Below are positions 60,974 to 64,000 of a stretch of 64,000 nt of DNA, in pieces. How positions within the stretch are numbered: position 1 is the first letter of the stretch; each line of letters starts with the position of its first letter. Source of the DNA: a virus (lineage: Duplodnaviria > Caudoviricetes). Under the pieces are notes generated by a model. It was not told the origin of the DNA. It saw nothing but the letters and a program-made list of their open reading frames with translations, and ran no database searches. Location: IMG/VR virus record IMGVR_UViG_3300029288_000163, positions 6,787 through 70,786 of that record; one strand, given 5' to 3'. The position numbers and the translations under genes were made by a program.

Positions 60974-61288
60974 TTACTCGCTTTTCTTCAATTCCCAACT
61001 ATCACAAATGCCCCAACTTGCAACTTCTCGGGAAACGGCCCATTCGTCCCAAAGACCCCATTGTTTGCTCTTAAACTCTAAATTCCTGTCACACCATTCC
61101 TTAGTTACGGTGTTTCCCTCATAAGGAATATCTCCAGAGCATTCCCCCATAGCCACACTTCCGCACTTTGGACGTTCTGATTTGTCAATGTGACAAAAAT
61201 AAACATTAGGCTCATCATACTCGCTCATTCGGAAAACCTTAGCGCAGTTGTAGCACCCGTTCTGGACTTTGTAACTATCAGGTCGCAT
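60974..61288 (-). CDS. Cys-rich hypothetical protein (start MRPDSY)
   Basis: CYNC ... ICDSW. Confidence 0.55.
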   Translation of the reverse strand: MRPDSYKVQNGCYNCAKVFRMSEYDEPNVYFCHIDKSERPKCGSVAMGECSGDIPYEGNTVTKEWCDRNLEFKSKQWGLWDEWAVSREVASWGICDSWELKKSE

Positions 61289-61691
61289 CTTGCATTTCCT
61301 CTGGTGGTTGATGCCAACCAAATTTAGGATCTGCACTACGCTTCTTATCGCATTCTGGACAAAGCGTTCTAATCCAGTGTTCATTTGTCCGAATTTTCAC
61401 TTCTCGGGCAGTTCCACAAATTTCACAGATATACTTTGAGAATGTGTAATACTTGCTCAAAATATTTGTGATTTCTTCGGAACAAGGCTCAGTGTAAACA
61501 GTCAATTGCGCGAACTTTTCCTTGAGTTGTACTACCTTGATTTGATCCCCACCAGGAAGAGCGGTTAATTCCTTAGCCATTTGGAGAATCAGGGCGTACC
61601 AACCCGAACTACACTCGAATTCATGCCTGAACATAGATCCAAAAAGAGTTGGAAATTGTTCTAGCAAGGAATTGTCAAGTTCTTTCTTCAT
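61278..61691 (-). CDS. Conserved-looking phage hypothetical protein
   Basis: GWY.L ... QLKEKF..L..Y ... CEICG ... TLC..C. Confidence 0.65.
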   Translation of the reverse strand: MKKELDNSLLEQFPTLFGSMFRHEFECSSGWYALILQMAKELTALPGGDQIKVVQLKEKFAQLTVYTEPCSEEITNILSKYYTFSKYICEICGTAREVKIRTNEHWIRTLCPECDKKRSADPKFGWHQPPEEMQDAT

Positions 61692-62080
61692 CTAATTTCC
61701 TTCTTTTCTAAAATTTCCCGTTCAGCTTCTAAATCTCTGGTAATGGCTTTCTCTGATGAAAAAGCCTCACCGTACCTCTTTCTGAGCTTGAGAATATTCA
61801 GTGTCATGCTCTCACTAAAATTGCTAGATAAAGCGTTAAGCATAACAGCAAGATACCAACATGCATCGCCCACCTCTTCAATAAGATTTACTTCATCAAT
61901 TGGCTTACCATAGTAAATATGCTTCTTTAATACATCCAGCACTTCCCCTGCCTCTGTGGATAAACCAAGAGCAGCATGGAGTAGCCTAATTGTTTTTTCA
62001 TCCTGGATACGCCTCTTTAATGCGTCCATGTCCGTTGATTCAGTCTTCAGCACTTCTTGTGTATAGATTTCTGGTGTCAA
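61688..62080 (-). CDS. MazG-like nucleotide pyrophosphohydrolase
   Basis: GLSTEAGEV ... KK ... EEVGDACWY ... N..KL..RY; GAGGAG RBS before the TTG. Confidence 0.85.
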   Translation of the reverse strand: MTPEIYTQEVLKTESTDMDALKRRIQDEKTIRLLHAALGLSTEAGEVLDVLKKHIYYGKPIDEVNLIEEVGDACWYLAVMLNALSSNFSESMTLNILKLRKRYGEAFSSEKAITRDLEAEREILEKKEIR

Positions 62081-63213
62081 ATACGTGCTCCTCTCCATTT
62101 CACATTGCGAATAATTGCCCCACCATCCATTTGAAGGCCCAAACCATTCACATCCCATAACCCAGGAAAAGCCCCCCAAGCTGAATATTCTTGCCAGGTA
62201 GGAGTTTGAGTAATCCTGCTTTCCTTTTTCCATTCATCACGAAATAGTTTGAAATTCGTTGTGTCACACCTTATTAAATAATACTTATTTGTTGCGTAAT
62301 GTCGAAGGCCCTTACGCTGTGATCCGTCCTTCCTGTAATAAAACCCTTCACCAGTTATCGAAGTAATTTCGTCAAGCTTGGAATCATCTGTTGAAAGGGG
62401 TCGCCAACCCTTGGGAATATATCCGTCAGGGAATTGGCAGAGCGGCGATAAACCAAGCGACAGACGAATATCTTTCCAAGGATCATTCATCTTTGCCAAT
62501 AACGCGGGCAAATGCGGATCATCAAAAGAATTCAACAACACCGTAAGCGAAACCATGAAATTATCTTGATTTTTTTGCTTTGCCTTGTCCTTGATGAATG
62601 CCAAGCCCCTGCGGAACTTTTCCTCTAGCCAAACATCTAGTGGAATTCCTTGAGATTCCAATTGGCACATCTTATCCCACAGCCGATGATAACCAGCTAA
62701 TGTCTTATTTTTAGAAGCTGTATAAACAGGAATAGCTACGTTATTAGCTTCAACAACTTTCTTCAAAGATACGTAAGCTCTTCCGCAATGCTCTACCTGC
62801 AATTGGATAAAATCTAACATAAATTGGGCCAACTTTTTAAAATTATCCGCAGATCCTACATGTGCGCGAAGTTTTTTAATCATTGGCCACATCATTGTGT
62901 TATTGACCAACAATGCGGGCCTTTCCCACGAAGTATAATCAGTGAGAATGAAGAGAAGTACATAATATGACCACGGATCAATGTCAAATTTCTTGAGCTT
63001 TAGATATAGATTATTCAGCGCCTTCTTTTGTGGTTTAAGACCAAGCCATCTGCCGGGATTATCGTGCCAAGGAGAAATTGTTCCTTCATATCCATAATAT
63101 CCCCAAATTTGTCTAGAAACATGGAGAAGTGCCTGATTGGATAAGGTTTCCTTTTCCTTGTCCATACTACTGATCTCAGAACGAACTAAACGCTTTGACC
63201 AATCACCCATCAT
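62077..63213 (-). CDS. Hypothetical protein
   Basis: 378-aa ORF in the replication block. Confidence 0.6.
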   Translation of the reverse strand: MMGDWSKRLVRSEISSMDKEKETLSNQALLHVSRQIWGYYGYEGTISPWHDNPGRWLGLKPQKKALNNLYLKLKKFDIDPWSYYVLLFILTDYTSWERPALLVNNTMMWPMIKKLRAHVGSADNFKKLAQFMLDFIQLQVEHCGRAYVSLKKVVEANNVAIPVYTASKNKTLAGYHRLWDKMCQLESQGIPLDVWLEEKFRRGLAFIKDKAKQKNQDNFMVSLTVLLNSFDDPHLPALLAKMNDPWKDIRLSLGLSPLCQFPDGYIPKGWRPLSTDDSKLDEITSITGEGFYYRKDGSQRKGLRHYATNKYYLIRCDTTNFKLFRDEWKKESRITQTPTWQEYSAWGAFPGLWDVNGLGLQMDGGAIIRNVKWRGARI

Positions 63214-63392
63214 GCATCTTCTCCAGCCAACTCATCCTCCAACCGCTGAATTTCTAGTTTCGCTGCTACCAACTCATCCTCCAACGTACAAATCCTGTTG
63301 TTCGCCCACTCCGGAGAATGCCTACAAATCTTGATCAGAGGGACAAAGTTTCCATCAATATCCAAGTAATTTCTAGCTTTTACTTCATCCAT
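63210..63392 (-). CDS. Small hypothetical protein
   Basis: ORF. Confidence 0.5.
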   Translation of the reverse strand: MDEVKARNYLDIDGNFVPLIKICRHSPEWANNRICTLEDELVAAKLEIQRLEDELAGEDA

Positions 63393-63395
63393 TTT

Positions 63396-63611
63396 TCACT
63401 CCCACCCGTGCTTCTTTTTCAACATTTCGTAATTCAACCATTTTGCGTACAGATTTCCACAATTGGGACAGAATTTGTCGGAATATTTGTTTGGATCACC
63501 TTCTGCTGCGCCTTTTTCGGACCAAAACTGCGAACGTGGACCAGGGAAGTCCAGCCAACCCCAGCCGCATTTTTCACATCTATATTCCGCGATAATCTGC
63601 ACATTTTTCAC
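63396..63611 (-). CDS. Small zinc-ribbon protein
   Basis: CEKC ... CPNC. Confidence 0.55.
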   Translation of the reverse strand: MKNVQIIAEYRCEKCGWGWLDFPGPRSQFWSEKGAAEGDPNKYSDKFCPNCGNLYAKWLNYEMLKKKHGWE

Positions 63612-64000
63612 TGCAAATACTTTAGCAAATCTTCCCTGCCCATCTCCACTAATTTATCGTCAGGCGTAGTAACTGCTTCCACGATGTCCTGCTTTCCTAT
63701 CAGCTTTTCTTTAATAAGCACGTCTACAGAATTGTCAACGTCTAAAAACATAATAGTTGCAGGTTTCGCACGAATCAGGTCCAAAGCTGTAGGATTTTCC
63801 ATTTCTACCCGTCTGTGGATTCGATCCAAAGACTGATTATAGAGAACATACGAATAAGGTCTGTCAACGTAAATTGCTGTCCTAGCTCTTGCTAACCAGT
63901 CCGTACCCGTCCCCGCTTTTGCTGGAATCGCTACTGCTATTCTTGGCCAGCCGTTTGATTCAAAAGCCGTTGAAATTTTCTCCAGTTCTATATTGCTAAT
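63608..64000 (-). CDS. SNF2/SF2 helicase C-terminus (partial)
   Basis: Open frame from the window edge: AGTGTD (motif V) ... QSLDRIHR (motif VI). Confidence 0.75.
   Translation of the reverse strand: MSNIELEKISTAFESNGWPRIAVAIPAKAGTGTDWLARARTAIYVDRPYSYVLYNQSLDRIHRRVEMENPTALDLIRAKPATIMFLDVDNSVDVLIKEKLIGKQDIVEAVTTPDDKLVEMGREDLLKYLQ

Noticed and set aside
424-63836. Numerous + strand ORFs in the track
   Set aside because: They are antisense shadows of well-supported minus-strand genes with no motifs. Only tnpB at 32027 is credible.
1-64000. Genome-wide stop-codon reassignment, suggested by the release factor and one in-frame TGA
   Set aside because: Long conserved genes are intact in the standard code, all three stops are used at tight gene junctions, and no suppressor tRNA is present.
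1-64000. CRISPR array or Cas12-type system
   Set aside because: No repeat-spacer array is visible. Both RuvC proteins are TnpB-sized and have IS ends.

Overview
This 64-kb window looks like part of a large (jumbo-type) dsDNA bacteriophage genome. Almost every gene lies on the minus strand and the genetic code appears standard. Layout: 1-8.4 kb accessory genes (phosphoesterase, deaminase, IS605 tnpA/tnpB, macro domain, RF1-like release factor). 8.5-10.6 kb is an RNA island with 4 tRNAs, a tmRNA, a 131-nt tRNA-like RNA and several unexplained structured RNAs. 11-27 kb holds acidic modular proteins, probably virion-internal, punctuated by a recurring K/R-x-A-Q motif. 27-64 kb is the replication/recombination block (trigger factor-like, RusA, GroES, SbcC/SbcD, DNA MTase, RecA, SSB-like, Rnl2, PolA, clamp, sigma-like factor, primase, DnaB, DnaC, MazG, SNF2) with several homing endonucleases and a second TnpB. 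The most striking observations are: (1) recA is fractured by an atypically split intein with only a 13-residue N-fragment, with a translationally repressed GIY-YIG endonuclease between the halves; (2) a candidate phage selenoprotein (SGCS-UGA-W followed by a SECIS-like hairpin); (3) a putative polyprotein and head-targeting system; (4) a candidate phage-specific promoter, CCCTA-N12-TAnnnT, also used by selfish nucleases; (5) novel pseudoknotted RNAs. All calls come from reading motifs by eye. No database search or folding program was run.
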